From Carcharhinus longimanus (Eukaryota), in the NCBI GenBank assembly GCA_030264375.1, contig JASCQW010000156.1, forward strand, positions 19,613,620 to 19,677,619: DNA of 64,000 nt. The letters are read 5' to 3'. Positions 1 to 15,500 of this stretch are shown here, piece after piece. Position 1 is the stretch's first letter. Each line of letters starts with the position of its first letter. The notes below the pieces were generated by a model. It did not search any database. It was not told where the DNA came from and saw nothing but the letters and a program-made list of their open reading frames with translations. The translations under genes were made by a program, and so were the position numbers.

Positions 1-205
1 TCACTCAGAGAGTGGTTGGGGTGTGGAATAGACTGCCTGCTGTGATGGTGGAGTCGGACACTTTAGGAACTTTCAAGGAGTTATTGGACAGGCACATGGA
101 GCACACCAGAATGGTAGGGAGTGGGATAGCTTGATCTTGGGATTGGACATAGCTCGGCACAACATTGAAGGCCAAAGGGCGTGTATTTTGCTGTAATATT
201 CTATG
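1..205 (+). mobile_element. CR1/HER1-type LINE 3' end
   Basis: Translates as (F)TQRVVGVWNRLP, a CR1 ORF2 C-terminus, followed by a ggccaaagggc...ttctatgt tail. Confidence 0.8.
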
Positions 206-370
206 TAACCTTCTTTCTCATTATATCACAGTACATTATCAGCTTTGCATAGCAGTTGAACTGAATTCCATATATACTGTTGCGCTGACTAATAGGCTGC
301 TATTATGTGTAAGTCTGTTGTGGTAAGTGTAATTAACATCATGATGATAACTATATGGTATTTTACTCAG

Positions 371-540
371 AATACTCTGCTGCAGCAGCTGGGAATCGCG
401 CCATTCTCCGAGGGTCCGTGGCCATTATACATCCACTCGCAGAGTCTTTCTGTGCTATCACGCCTGCTGTTAATCTGGCAGCACAAAGCCAGTGCACAGG
501 GTGAACCAGATGTACCAGAGTGTATGAAAATCTGGGAAAG
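371..540 (+). CDS. UBR4: UBR4 exon (NTLLQQLG...MKIWER)
   Basis: ttactcag| acceptor, |gtaagg donor; protein match. Confidence 0.93.
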
Positions 541-3500
541 GTAAGGTATTCGTAATACTAAACAAAACTCTTAATTAAGCAAGATTGAGGAAACTTGAGT
601 CCTGTCATGCATTGTGTATTTTGCTGTTCTTCTGAATGGAGCACAGGATTCATGTTTCTTGTTACGTGAGAATTCATTTTGTTGAAGTGAGAGAGAGAAG
701 GTGATGGTTGCCTTTGGCATTGGACACTGAAAGTGAAAATCCACCTATATACAGAGCCACAGATGGAGGTAGTTTCAGCCCCATTGCTTTGACTACTGTT
801 TTGGAATTGTAGCTGATCCTTTTTTTTGCCACTTGTTTACCAATAGTTTTATAGTCTGTATGAGTACCTTTAGTCAGCACAGAAAAGTAAATAAAATTGT
901 CTTTTTTCCTGCTAGGTTTATTGGAACACTGAAGCAGAACATATTCCATGGAGTGGTACCAACTGACTCAGAGGATTTGAATGTTGAGCACCTTCAGCTT
1001 CTGCTGCTAATTTTCCATAATTTCTCAGAGAGTGGTCGCCGTGCTGTTGTCACAATGTGCATACAGGTGATTGTTGAAGTGGCATCTAAGGCAGAAGCTC
1101 AGGTTCGGTGTGTGCCACTGACACTAGCCCGATTGTTGCTGGTTTTTGAATACATCCTTCAGCAATATTCAAAAGTGCCGATCTACCTATTTGAACAGGT
1201 AAGGACCAATTCTGCTGTTAACTAAATATGTAAGTTATAAATGAACCCATAAGCAACATTGTGTTGACCATATTACATTCTGTTGAACAAAATGTTTAGA
1301 TTAAATGAGTGATGCAGGTTATGAAACTACAGAATGTTTACACCGTTTATGAAAGATGGGTACAGTGTCTAGGGGACTGACTTAATGCATCTGATGGTCA
1401 CGTTGCCCAAACCTGTCTTGTGCTTTGCTCACTGTTTAGTTGCGCTGGCATTGCTGATTCAATTACGTTAAGAGGAAGATGACATGGAGCTAGACATCTT
1501 TATTGAGGGTTTGCACTGTATTTTGAAAATCTAAACATAGCATGTTATTTTTTAATACTACGTTAGCCATCTTGCAGCAATTGTTTTATTTCATATNNNN
1601 NNNNNNNNNNNNNNNNNNNNNNNNNNNNNNNNNNNNNNNNNNNNNNNNNNNNNNNNNNNNNNNNNNNNNNNNNNNNNNNNNNNNNNNNNNNNNNNNTCTT
1701 GCAGCAATTGTTTTATTTCATATTCTGATTGTAGCAGGAGTTTAATAAATGCAGTTGTAGAACAGAATGAAAAGAGACTTGGGTAGAGCCTCCTGAGTGA
1801 CTTGGTAACTTGACTGTCATGAAGACTTTTTGGTATTTGCTGCATTCCAGTCGGTGCTTGGGAGGACGAATTAAGCCTTGGGTTGCTTTCTGTCTTTTTC
1901 CCCAAAGCCACATTTACCCAGTAGAACAAAAACGACAAACTTTATACACAGTACAATTCTTGTCTTTTGTATATTCTGATCACCCATGTCACATACAGGG
2001 GAGGCAATGGCCTAGTGGCATTATCCTAGACTATTAATCCAGAATTCAGCTAATGTTCTGGGCACCCAGGTTTGAATCCAGCCACGGCAGATGGTGGAAC
2101 TTGAATTCAATTTAAAAAATCTAGAATTAAGAATCTACTGATGACCATTTAAACCATTGTCAAGTGCTGGAAAAACCCAGCTGGTTCATTAATGCTCTTT
2201 AGGGAAGGAAATCTGCCATCCTTACCCAGTCTGGCCTACAGATGACTCCAGAGCCATAGCAATGTGGTTGACTCTGAACTGTCCTCCAAGGGCAACTAGG
2301 GATGGACAATAAATGTTGGCCTGCCAGCAACACCCATGTCCCATAAATGAATAAGAATTGAAACATTAAATAAACACATTGAAACAGTAAATAGACCTCA
2401 CATGGATCAACTCCAGAGTGAAAAGATACAGGTGGACTAAAAGAGAAGCTTCTAACTTTTGGACAGTCATCAGGTCCAGGAAAAGATGGTTTCAGTTCAC
2501 TTCTTATGACGCTTGATATGTTACAATAGCACAGATTGACTTAAAGGTCAGCAATAACTTCTTCTTGGTTCGTCTTACTTTAAGATGACACTTGGAGTAC
2601 TTTTTCTTCATGTGGCATTGACTTCTTTGCATGGTGCCACACGTGGTTGTGGTCCAGCACTTTGCCCAACTAAATGCTCTTTTACTTCAGATAGTGAATG
2701 TCAAGAAGTTAGCCAGTTATGGGGTATTGTAACTGAGCCTGACCCTGTCCTTGCCAATTTGTCACTTGCCTTTCCTTGCAATGGTTGTTGAATATAATCA
2801 GTGAACTGCCAGTGAGAAAGTACTTAAGCAATTTCGGCAAAAAAAAAGAATTTTTTGACCCAATCCTCAGTCTTGTTCAGATTTTCATTTTCTCAAGCCG
2901 AACTTTGCATTTCAGTTTGTTTTCACCTCTCGTTCTTAAAGTTTAGTTTTCTGTATTTTTGTTTATTTGTTTCTGTGTTTTGTTTAGTTGCTGCTTTTTC
3001 ATTGGTGCTGCAAATTTCTGTGTTGTTGATGTCTCCGCTTTCTAGGTGTTAACTTTGTCATTAACCTCATGTCATTCATGCCATCACAGCTATGTTTTAT
3101 TTCTCCTTGGTCTCGTCTATTCTATGATGAACCTGTCATTCCGTTGTGGGACTCTGAACTCAACCAGACATTTGACAACTCAATTCTGCTTGTTTTGCAC
3201 GTGAGATAGAATCATAGAAAAACTACAGCACAAACAGGCCCTTCTGCCCACAATTTGCGCCAATCATATCTCTACCTACTAGGCTTACCTATAACCCTCA
3301 ATCCTATTAAGTCCCATGTGCTCATCCAGAAGNNNNNNNNNNNNNNNNNNNNNNNNNNNNNNNNNNNNNNNNNNNNNNNNNNNNNNNNNNNNNNNNNNNN
3401 NNNNNNNNNNNNNNNNNNNNNNNNNNNNNNNNNNNNNNNNNNNNNNNNNNNNNNNNNNNNNNNNNNNNNNNNNNNNNNNNNNNNNNNNNNNNNNNNNNNN

Positions 3501-6500
3501 NNNNNNNNNNNNNNNNNNNNNNNNNNNNNNNNNNNNNNNNNNNNNNNNNNNNNNNNNNNNNNNNNNNNNNNNNNNNNNNNNNNNNNNNNNNNNNNNNNNN
3601 NNNNNNNNNNNNNNNNNNNNNNNNNNNNNNNNNNNNNNNNNNNNNNNNNNNNNNNNNNNNNNNNNNNNNNNNTCCTTCCTGTAATGAGGCGACCAGAACT
3701 GAGCACAGTACTCCAAGTGGGGTCTGACCAGGGTCTTATACAGCTGCAGTATTATCTCCCGACTCCTAAACTCAATTCCTCGATTGATGAAGGCCAGTAC
3801 ACCATACACTGTCTTTCAGATGCTGTTTAAAAAATGAATTTAATGACATAAAGACAATACTGTCATGGTCTATATGGGACATATGTCTTTGTCTGACATT
3901 ATGAATGTTTAATCTTTGCTTTAGGTTCAGTATAATCTGTTAACCCCACCAGTAAGTAGTGCTGGCTCCAACACGAGTGGCACCCAGGAATCTGGCCGAC
4001 GTGTTCAAGTGCCGCTTTATCATGGATTTAAAGAGGTTGAAGAAAACTGGGCTAAACACAGTGGGACAGGTATGGCGAAGTTACGTGAAACATGGTGGGA
4101 CCATTGTTTCCTGTAATTATTTTTTGCGTAACGTCTCTTTATCACACCACACGTTACATTCTGGAATGCTGCAACTTGGAAAGAACATTGAGTGGGAAAT
4201 GTACGGCAGAACTAGACTAACACTCTTGCTTGGCACAGCAAACTAAGATATGCATGCTGAAAGAATAGAACTGTGGAATGATCACACTGCGTGAAACGGT
4301 GAGACATTGGGAACGTCAGATAATGAGTAATGTCGATAGCAATATTTGTAGAAAAGAGAGATCTGTGGAATGATTGTACTCTGGTTGAGGGAATTAGTTG
4401 AATGAGAAAATGTCAGAAATTGAAAGCACAAAGATTGAGTCTAACCCTGACATTGTGAAAAGCAAGGAGGAATTGGGTAAAATTCAGAGAAATCCATAAA
4501 TCAAGTCAACAAATACAAATTAAAGGGGCACTTAATCTGATAAGGAAAACTAATACGTAATTGGTTTAGCTTTGGAACAGGATGGATGTGTTAAATACCT
4601 GTTGGATGTATCTGAGCTAGGAGGCGTCATGACAGGGAGTTGAATGTTAATGATGATTGCCTGGGATAGTTGGAATGAAAAGGCTGACCAAGAGGGCAAT
4701 TTAGTATAGGGCTAGGTGTTGGGAACAGTTGGTTACAGAATGAGGGTCAAAACGAGTGAGTGTTAGCAGTGAAGGGGTCTCATGATCAGAATAACTGTAT
4801 TGGTGCATAAGGACTGAATATTGAGGATGATTGGGCTGGTTGTTGGACAGAGTTAGTAAGAGGGCTGGACATTGGAGCAAGAGAGTTGGGTAGCTGGATA
4901 TTGGACAAGGTTTTCAGTGACCTGACTGACTTGAGTCTCTTGTTTCTGTATTCTCATGTTAGTACTGTCTGCAATATGACTGCATGTAGAATAATTTCTC
5001 ACCTATGCTGAGTTATTGCTGATACTGAGTTGTTTCTTCACCACAGATTCTACACCGTTGCCCAAATTCTACAGCGTTCTTTCACATGAGACATCCACTG
5101 ATGAGAGGAGCAGATTGGATGAGATGGTGAGAGCTACATAATTGCAGTTTGTGGCAGCCAGTGGAATTCTGTGCTAAGTTGTAAATTTGTATAGTATATT
5201 AAGATGGTAATATTACTACAACTGTTTGTGTAACTATAATGTGACTATGTGCTGCAGTGACAGATTGTGCAGAGTATGGAATTTGGCTACAAATCTGCAT
5301 TACATGGATTTCGATTATTTATTCAGAATCTGTCTTTCCTTTTGATACTGCATTTAGAGACTTGCTTTTTCATTTTTTTTCCTTGCCTCTTGTTCCATAG
5401 ATCTGCGATGTTCTTTGCACTGGTGCTTTGAAGTATGATGACTTGTATGCATCATTGATCTTGCTGTTAGCAGCTGGCTCACAGTTTGATACATTGAAGA
5501 GGGAAGAGCACAAGAATGCAACACCCCTGGTAATGCACAGATTTCTGTTGGAATCATAAAACCTTGGAGCACTGAAGGAGGCTACAGGGTTATTGTCTCT
5601 GCTGGTTAACTAAGAAAGCTATCCACTTACTTCCCACCCTTTCCTTCTACCCTTCTTTCTTGCATGCATTTATCCAATTTTTTAAAAAACTGTTGTGTTT
5701 CTGGCACTTGTTCACTGAGTTGTTATTGAGTTGTGTTTCTGGTTCTGACATGGAGAGTGAGGGGAAAAAGAAGTTTGGAGCACTGTCCTTCCAAGCACCT
5801 CATTCAGTCCAAGCTGGCTGTGGAAACCTTTCATATCATTCTTTGATAAATATTATCATTGTTTTTTTTGGTCTAATGTGTTACAGATTTTGCAAATTTT
5901 CTGAAGTTTTTGCATATTTTTAAAAGCTGGCATGGATCCTAAGTTAGTAGAATTAATTTTTTGGCATTTGTTAACCATGTCACTATAATGTTCCTTTAAC
6001 AGCATCACCTACATTTGAATTACTTTGCAAAATTATAACCATGCAGCATTTTTAATGTATTATTGATACAAAAAAGAATCCTTTTCAGAGTGTACTCCTA
6101 AAACCTAATTTAACCTTAAAAGTAGGGGGTCTTATGTGATATGCATCTGCTGCAAAATATTTGTTGATTTATTGTAAGTTGTACAAATTGAAATTCTACC
6201 CAATGGCCAGAATTGTACCATCCCGCTCGGGAATTGGAGCAGGCGAGGGTTGGACCATGGAAAGGTCCATTGACCCCAGGCGGGATTTTACAGTTTCGGG
6301 ATGAGCAAAATCCTGCCCGATGTGTGTCTTTTTGTCCAGCCTGAGTATGTTTTGGATTGTCTTTGACAGTGTTTGTTCGTAGCTGTTGTGTGAATCATTA
6401 CTTTAGGGTTCCTTGCTGATCTCTCAATGACTTTTCTTTCAAGGAGGCATGCTCCATTCAGTATTACTTCTTGATCTTGTGGAGGATCCTGGGTATCATG

Positions 6501-9500
6501 CCTCCATCGAAAGCCTACATCAACCAAGTGGCAATGAGTACAACAGAGCTAAGCGAATGCGACATCCTGCATACACTTCGATGGTCATCGCGGCTTTGTA
6601 TCAGCTCCTATGTAACCTGGATTAAGGTACCAAAGATGCATATTTTGTGGAAACACGGTGAGGAGGTTGTTGACGTAGGAGATTAAAAATAATCTCTCTT
6701 ACTGAAGCTTTAGTTGTAGGGAAAGGGGTTGTATGTGTGGTCAAAGTCGGTCAGGAGTTGCCAAAGGAGAAAGAGTTGAGTGTTTGAGAATGTATTAGCC
6801 AAGAATCTGAAGGTTCAGACACAGACTATTAAAAAATGCCCTTTAGGTATTATTTTCTTTTTTGTTTTGGATTTTCTTCCTTTCTGTCCTTATGGTACTG
6901 TCTCATGCCAGGCTCCCAGTTTCCTTGACCAAATTGTTTCACGTGTGAGGGGTGGTTGGGCTGGCAGACTGTTTGGTGGCTGAATCACATGGATGCCAAA
7001 CCCAGTCTTTGCTGGGTGGCTATGCACTTTCCAAAAGGGGTTCCTCTGTAGAGGTTATGGGCAGAAACCAGGGGTGCAGAGGCCATTCTTGCTTTAGCTA
7101 TTAACCCAGCAGAACAGACAAGAAGCTTTGACTCTCTGGTCAGTGTGGTACAGATCATTTACAAGTACAGTCAGTAGGATTGATTATCATAGCTTAATGA
7201 AAGCATTTTATGAACCTGCTTAAGAGCAGCAGGATAGTTATTTAGTAATGTACTCGTAAAGGGAATATTAAGTAGGTAAGGCATGGTTATTTTCAATATG
7301 CCACATCCCAATTCACTGAGCTGTTTAGTACCTTGATTTGACCCAGTGTTTGATTTTGTTTTGGTAAAGGATCACCTGGTACGACAGGGTATGAAGCCAG
7401 ACCACGCTGGCTCGTTGGTGGATCTGGCTGTCACCAAGTGCAGCTTTGTGAAGTATGATGTGGAGCTTGCAGAGGAGTATGTTGCCAGACAGGTAAGACG
7501 ACAACCAGCATGATCTCTGACTGGAGGGTGTTTTTCTTTGTGAGAGGAGAAGTTCACCTTGGTATTTTTTTTGAGGGAAGTACCAACATGGTGGTCATTT
7601 TTCAGGCTATCACATCAAGTGCTGCCTTCATTGGCATGATATCATCCAAAGATACTTTTGGGCCAAGTGGAGATAAGAATCATTGACACAGGTGCAAAAA
7701 TTGACATTGCTTTCTCAGTATAATCGTGGCACTGAGTGCAGAGTTGGCTTGCTCTGCTCTCGTGGTGAGTGAGGCTCTCTGAGAAAGAAACTACACCAAT
7801 TAACAAGTTCAAGGCAGAGAAATATCTGCTGAAAGGGGAGATTTTGGGTATTCAGTCATAAAGAAATTGGCAGGAGACTTTCAACACCACAGTGGGCCTG
7901 TGAAAAATGAGCGTTGCCGAATAAAGCATGCCAGCTTGCAGTGTAGAAAACTACATCAGGTGGTTTAACCCGGTGGTGATAACCAGGGGATCATGTGCAC
8001 TACAGACTGTACAGCTGCTGCTACTGAACAGTCTGGAAGAGAAGATGGACCTACATGGTCCCATTCTGAGTGCCTGACACAGGGATCTCTAAGCAAACAT
8101 TGAAATAGAATCCATGAGGAAAAGAGCTGATAATAAACCTTTTGCAACTTGTCCAAACACATTAGCAGACGTGGCTGAAGCAAGTTGTATGTAAAAGTCC
8201 AAAATAGATTTTAATGTAATTGATTACTGCCTTACGTGCCTCCAAGGCACAGGAAAAATGATGAATAGTCAACAGCTTATCCACATCCAAGGTGTATGTG
8301 TCCTTTTGACTCCCATTAGCTATTAATTTGTGAAACATGTTTTACTCATTAGTTTGACTCATTCTCTCGTGGTGGCTGATTGACAAAAACATTGTTGCCA
8401 TTCGTTGCATATATGCTGCTGAATATTACTACCCCCATGCATGAGATTAATGAGGTCTTTCTTTCAAATTTAGATTTCTTCCTACTGTGCAATTGATGCG
8501 AGTGCTATCCTCCCACTCAGCCGCCTCCCAAACTTGCAGGCCATCTACACGCTCGATGCAGTCATTTCAAAGGTTCAAGTGTCTCTGGATGAGTATTTTT
8601 CCAAAGTGGCTGNNNNNNNNNNNNNNNNNNNNNNNNNNNNNNNNNNNNNNNNNNNNNNNNNNNNNNNNNNNNNNNNNNNNNNNNNNNNNNNNNNNNNNNN
8701 NNNNNNNNNNNNNNNNNNNNNNNNNNNNNNNNNNNNNNNNNNNNNNNNNNNNNNNNNNNNNNNNNNNNNNNNNNNNNNNNNNNNNNNNNNNNNNNNNNNN
8801 NNNNNNNNNNNNNNNNNNNNNNNNNNNNNNNNNNNNNNNNNNNNNNNNNNNNNNNNNNNNNNNNNNNNNNNNNNNNNNNNNNNNNNNNNNNNNNNNNNNN
8901 NNNNNNNNNNNNNNNNNNNNNNNNNNNNNNNNNNNNNNNNNNNNNNNNNNNNNNNNNNNNNNNNNNNNNNNNNNNNNNNNNNNNNNNNNNNNNNNNNNNN
9001 NNNNNNNNNNNNNNNNNNNNNNNNNNNNNNNNNNNNNNNNNNNNNNNNNNNNNNNNNNNNNNNNNNNNNNNNNNNNNNNNNNNNNNNNNNNNNNNNNNNN
9101 NNNNNNNNNNNNNNNNNNNNNNNNNNNNNNNNNNNNNNNNNNNNNNNNNNNNNNNNNNNNNNNNNNNNNNNNNNNNNNNNNNNNNNNNNNNNNNNNNNNN
9201 NNNNNNNNNNCCACAACACCACCGACCTTCGTGTCATCGGCGAACTTACTAACCCATCCCTCCACTTCCTCATCTAGGTCATTTATGGATATGATAGCTA
9301 CATATGATATGATAGCTACATTAAGTATAATTTTGTCTTTGCTCCTACCAACATTCAGTAATCCAACCACAACCTGAGATGAGTATCTCCTTTTGGACCA
9401 GTATGAATTTTTCTGCTGCTTCTTGGGTTGTACAGTGGTTAGCGCCAGGGACCCAGGTTCAATTTCGGCCTCGGGTAACTCTTTCTGTGCGGAGTTTGCA

Positions 9501-12500
9501 CGTTCTCCCCGTCTGCACGGGTTTCCTCCGGATGCTCCGGTTTCCTCCCACACTCCAAAGATGTGCGGGTTAGATTGGCCATTGTAAATTCCCCTTAGAG
9601 TCAAGGAGATTAGCAGGGTAAATGTGTGGGGTAACGGGGATAGGACCTGGGTGGGATTGTTGTTGGTGCAGACACAATTGGCCTTCTGCATTGCAGAGAT
9701 TCTATGATTCTGTGCAACTGGATGAGAACTGTGAACAACATGCTGAGGTAATAGGCTCACAATTGCTTGAAACACCCAAAATTTTCATTAGGGATGTTCA
9801 CATTTTGCAGGAAAAGAAGACATTTTGTCTCAGTTTGGCTAAGTTCAAACTCAGATCACGGAAGTGAAAGGGTCGTTTAATCCACTGCAATGATCTGCCT
9901 GGAAGTAATATTGTTAAATTAGCTGCTTCCATCTTTGGTGTGAAATGTAAACCACTCATTAAATGATACATGTCATTATGATGTACGTATAGGCATCAAC
10001 AATTTAGTGTTGATATTTAACAATGGTCCTTAATGAGTGTTTTTGTCAAGGTTGTGTTTTACATTCTGATTGGTTGATAATTGATATTAGATCGTACCTT
10101 TTGAGGAGTCTGTGTGAGGATGGTGCAACTGAAAGTCCAACGGAGGAGAAGCTGCATGGTTATGCAGCAGCACTGGCAATTGGATCTACCCGCTGCAAGA
10201 CTAACTCTGTTGGTAAGGACGTGAATTGGTTTGGTTTTTGACATTGTTTAGCTGTGTAACCAGTGATACCTGAGAGAATGAGCTGCAGCTATTATTTTGT
10301 TTGAAAGTCCTTCTGACAGTTTTTCTTCCTCTGGTCTTTTCCTTTTTGCCTCCATCTGTTGACTTCTAATTTTGCCAACAGTTATCTGATACTTTGCTGT
10401 ACCGACTCTTCAGTGTGTAAACCTAGCATCACAATTAAGAATATTGCACCTGATGTCTGCATATTCTGATCATCAACGGAGTTTGCTGCAAATGATAGGG
10501 CACAGGAATCCTGGCTGATTTACTTTTCTTTATCTATTTCCTTCCACTCTTGAGATTTTGACGTCAATCAGGGTGTCCCCACTTCTCTCCTATTTGAGAT
10601 TGGTTAATTTTGTACAGACAGTAACTGAATTTGGGATTTCTGTATCACATGCGACTCTCTGGAACATTGTGATAAATTTACAAAATTCATGTGATGATTA
10701 TTATATTGTTCATGACAGTTGCAAAATTTTTTTTGTAAACATCAATCATCTATGATTTTTGAAGACAGTTTATGTCTTGGAACTGGATGAGAGTTGATGT
10801 GGGAAGCATCTTAAGGGTGTTAAGCTCATTATGGCAGAATTAACCTCATGGCTGCAATTCAGATATTACTTGTTTCCACCCCCCCCATCCACTATATAGT
10901 ACAAGTAGGTGGGTACTATATAGCAGTGATTTTTTTCCAACCGGTGCCACGAAATCTGTCCAAGTGTGCTGTGAAATTTTCTACAAAGGTACTGAAAATT
11001 AATGTGCAACCATTATTTCATCTTAAACAATATTCAATCCAACCAAAATACAACTCTTAAAACTCGTGAAATACTTTAAAAGTGAGACATCAGTCTTTCG
11101 ATTCTAAAATGTGAACATTTTAAAGCAGGTTGCCCACGGGTGAAATTGAGATGATATGGTGGTTTTTGCTAAACACCATCGAAACCAAGCAATGGTATTT
11201 GCATGCTTTTTTTATTGATCGTTAAACCAGACAAAACAAGCTCGCAGACGCAGTGAAATTGTCCGTATCCACATTTATCTTCTGGATCTATTTCATATCT
11301 CCTGACGTAAGAATAAATGGATAAGCTTGATTTCTTCGTTTATTCAATTCATAACACAATAAGGCGAGATTCAGATGCTTGCACGTTGAACAGAGTTAGG
11401 GCAATGAATAGATAGAAATAATTGAATTGAGATTTTGAAAATGTGTCTGTGCTCACTGTCGAAGACGATGTATTCTATGGTGGATGTGAAACTTTAATGC
11501 ATTAGATCTTTATTTAGCTTGTTGTATACATTGTGTTGCACACCTCTCTTGTAAGACCGTGAACATAGTAAATGTAACTAAATATGACATTTATGAGCAG
11601 TCGATTCAGCTGGAAAAATGTGGGTGTGCCATGGAATTGTTTGTCTCATTGAACTGCGTCATGTTACTGAAAAGGTTGGGAACCACTGCTGTACAAAGTT
11701 GGAATTTCTCTACCTGAAGAATCAGCTGTAGCATTGTAAAATTCCTATGCTGATGATGCCTAATGGTGAATTCTCTGCTATTTTTATTTTCTCACACTGA
11801 TTGTGTTTGCAGCTCAGTTAGTGGTACAGAACCTACCGTCATCTGTACAGACACTGTGTGAAACATGGAACAATATCCACACCAATGAGTTTCCCAACAT
11901 CGGATCGTGGGTAAGTAAAAGGTTATTCACATCTGGCAGGGTATGCAATAGATTTGTAATATTGTTAACCAGCACAATGCTGAGGGAGCATGGCCATCCT
12001 TTGGATTATATTATTATAATAATTATAGATAAATTATAGAGATATAAAACAGTAGAACCCAGGCTGAAAATCAATATCTAATGATAGAAAGGTCATGGTG
12101 TATGACAGGAAGGCATGAACAGGCTGGGTACAGAGAGTTTGGATAAATAGAACTTAATTGATCATCTGTAATCAAAGGACTGGTAGAGACTTGAGAAGTA
12201 TGTTAAAAAGAGCGAGGTTAAGCTACCTGATATGAGGGGAAAACAAATATCAAGAAAAATTAGCTTATGGGGTGATTTAATAGAGTAGTTAAAAATTATG
12301 GAGAACTGGTACAAAATGCAAAAAAAACTATTCCCAGTGGTTAGCGGAATAAGGAACAAGGGTAGGCAATTTAGCCCCGCAAATCTGTTTGGCAATTAAT
12401 TGGGGTGATGCTGCCCTGCAACTTAACCCTTGGCATCCAGATATTATTCTGGTAAATCTATGCTGCATTCTTTCCAAGGCCAATATGTCCTTCAGAATCA

Positions 12501-15500
12501 AGAATGAGGGAGCTTACACACACATTGAATAGATGAAATTTAGGGAAATTTTTTGATGCAGAGACTTGGAAATACTGGGTAGAATCAGTTCCTGAGTCAG
12601 AGACCATATCAACATTTAATTAGAACAAAGAAATATGGAAATTAGATTGAAATTAGGATATTTTGCTCATGTGGATAAACACCATGTGGACCCTTGAACT
12701 AAATTACTTATTTATGTGTTTTATTTTAATGTAATTGTGTGACCTCTAACCTTGGTGCTTTTACCAGGAAAGATTGTTTGGTTTACTTAGCTTAGAAAAT
12801 GGAATTTCTTCCAATTGATGGGCATTATGAAGCTATTCTCTGCAAATTAGGAATAAAACTGAATGTTTTGTAGGAATTTAAGCCAAATTGGTTTTAATGG
12901 TTTTGTTTTTTTTTGTAGCGAAATGCATTTGCAAATGACACCATTCCTGCAGAGAGCTACATTAGCGCAATCCAGGCTGCACACCTTGGCACGTTGTCCA
13001 ATCAGAGTCTGCCACTTGCTGCCTGCCTGAAGCATATTCTTCTGTCATTGGTCAGGCTTACTGGTGACCTTATTGTGTAAGTCAATAGGATTTTTGTACT
13101 CTATTAGTTCTGAGATTTCCCTTGCCCAATGCCTGACAGCCTCAACTATCATTAATCTGCCTGTGTTGTAGCACCCCTAAAAGTGAAAAATACTGTGCTA
13201 GTAAGCTCTCCATTCTTTGAGCTCTTGTGTATGTGTGCCAAGTATTTCATAAAACTTAAATTTCCACTCAGAATGCTTCTACACCTCTCCATTGCTGTTT
13301 TTGAGCTGATTGCTTAATGGGCAACAGTTCCTCCATTTTACTGCCTACACAAACACAGCATTGTGATCAGAGGGTGGGGGAATAATATTGGGTTGTTGTC
13401 TGCAGTATTATCTTCCCTGACTCTACCCCACCGTCAAAAGAAAGTCTCTTCTTTCTCTCTCTCTCTCTCTTGCTTTTTCTTAGTTTACATTCCAATTTGT
13501 ATGAATCTATTTGTCATTCTGTCACTGTCTTCCAACGTTGTCTATAATTTTGACCCTCTCTTTTCTCTTGCGCTGCTTCCATTNNNNNNNNNNNNNNNNN
13601 NNNNNNNNNNNNNNNNNNNNNNNNNNNNNNNNNNNNNNNNNNNNNNNNNNNNTTCTAATCTCATACCAGGTGGTGTCCTGATGAACTGAACCCTCCACAG
13701 GTTATTCACACGCTGCTGCCATTGCTCTTGGAGACCAGCACTGAAAGCGTGTCTGAAATCAGCTCCACATCATTGGAAAGGATTCTTGGACCTGCAGAAT
13801 CTGATGAGTTCCTTGCACGCGTCTATGAACGACTCATCACAAGCTGCTATAATATAATTGCTAACCATTCTGACCCCAATAGGTAATTAAAGATTTAAAT
13901 TAGTAAAGATTTGCTCGATAATCTTTGATTTTGTAAATTAAGAGAAGTTCTGAATTTATAGCTGCATATATTCTGGGACAAAGGGGACCATAGAATAGTG
14001 GTGTAAGGCAGGATCAGGCTACTTTGTTGGATGATCAGCTATGATCATAATGAATGGTGGAGTAGGCTCAAACAGCCATGTCCTAATCCTGTTCCTATTT
14101 TCTATGTTAGCCAGTTGCTGAAATATCCGCTATAACTGGATAACCATTGTATCAGATTCCCTATCTATATAGCAGTCAATTTTTGTATTGATAAAGCTAT
14201 CAGGTTGACACCTCAAACACTTTATTATTTTTCGCGGGATGTAGATGTCATTGAGTAGGCAGCATTTTTTGCCCCTCTCTAATTGCCCTTGAGCAGTGGT
14301 GAGCCACCATGTTGAACATTGCAGCCCATGTGGTGTAGGTATACCCACAGTGCTATGAGGAAAGGTGCTCTAGGATTTTGACTCAGGAATAGTGATATAG
14401 TTCCAAGTCAGGGTGGTGTTTGGCTNNNNNNNNNNNNNNNNNNNNNNNNNNNNNNNNNNNNNNNNNNNNNNNNNNNNNNNNNNNNNNNNNNNNNNNNNNN
14501 NNNNNNNNNNNNNNNNNNNNNNNNNNNNATTCGGAACAAGTGGCCAATAAAGAGCCAGAATAAGAACATCCATTTGCATGACTGAAAATATGCAACTTAA
14601 CATTTTACTTACAGACTTTATTTAATGGAACTCCTGCTGCTGCATATTTGCACACATTTCTTTAAAGTTTACAACATAACTGGTGAAATGTAACTTCATG
14701 TATACATTCAGCCTACCTTCTTTGAGTGCAAATTCCCTCTGATGTGATTCAAATGAGGGAAAGTCTGCGCGCACACAAGTAGAGCCAAACGTTGAAAGTG
14801 AGGCCAATCTGACTTTCTGCATGGTGTTGTATGTACAGTAAGAAGTCTCAGAACACCAGGTTAAAGTCCAACAGGTTTATTTGATAGTAAACGCCATAAG
14901 CTTTTGGAATACTGTTCCTTCGTCAGGTGAGTGGAAAGTTTTGATCAGAAATAGGGCATATAAAGGCGCACACAGTTTACAGAATCAATATCCCTTGTTT
15001 GATTTTTCATGAGTAATATCGTAATAGTTCCATTATGCACGAATTTCCACAATTATCCCGGACTACACAGCTAATTAATGTTACATATGTTGGTTGTCCC
15101 ATCCAAAGCAATTGAAAAAGCAGTAGCTGAACTCAAATTTTGCTTATCTGATGTTGATGTGGTGGGCTATTTTCACAGCTGTTATGATCTGTTAATGCTA
15201 ATTTTTCATTTTAAAAGTTGTGTATTTTGAGAATGACAAAAGAGCCAAATTTGGTTCCATACTGAAACATATTTGGCTCATGAGTCATAGATTGCCAACT
15301 ACAGTTCTAATTAGTAGAGGAAGGTGCTGTTGAAGAGTCTTTGTGAGTGGCTGTAGTGATTCATATAGATTGTACAGGGCAGTAATGTGTACATCAGCGG
15401 TGGTTGGGATGCCAATCAAGCAACCTTGGTCTTTGGTGTTGAGCTTCTTTGGTGTTGTTGGAGCTACACACATCCTAGCAAGTCTTCCATGACTTATGCT

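Noticed and set aside
1570-1723. 27-bp direct repeat
   Set aside because: It flanks a 100-N gap exactly; scaffolding artefact.
8487-9775. Long ORFs of 230-400 aa (also 3255-3830 and 60947-61927)
   Set aside because: They are inflated by N runs; the real parts are UBR4 exons or CR1 fragments.
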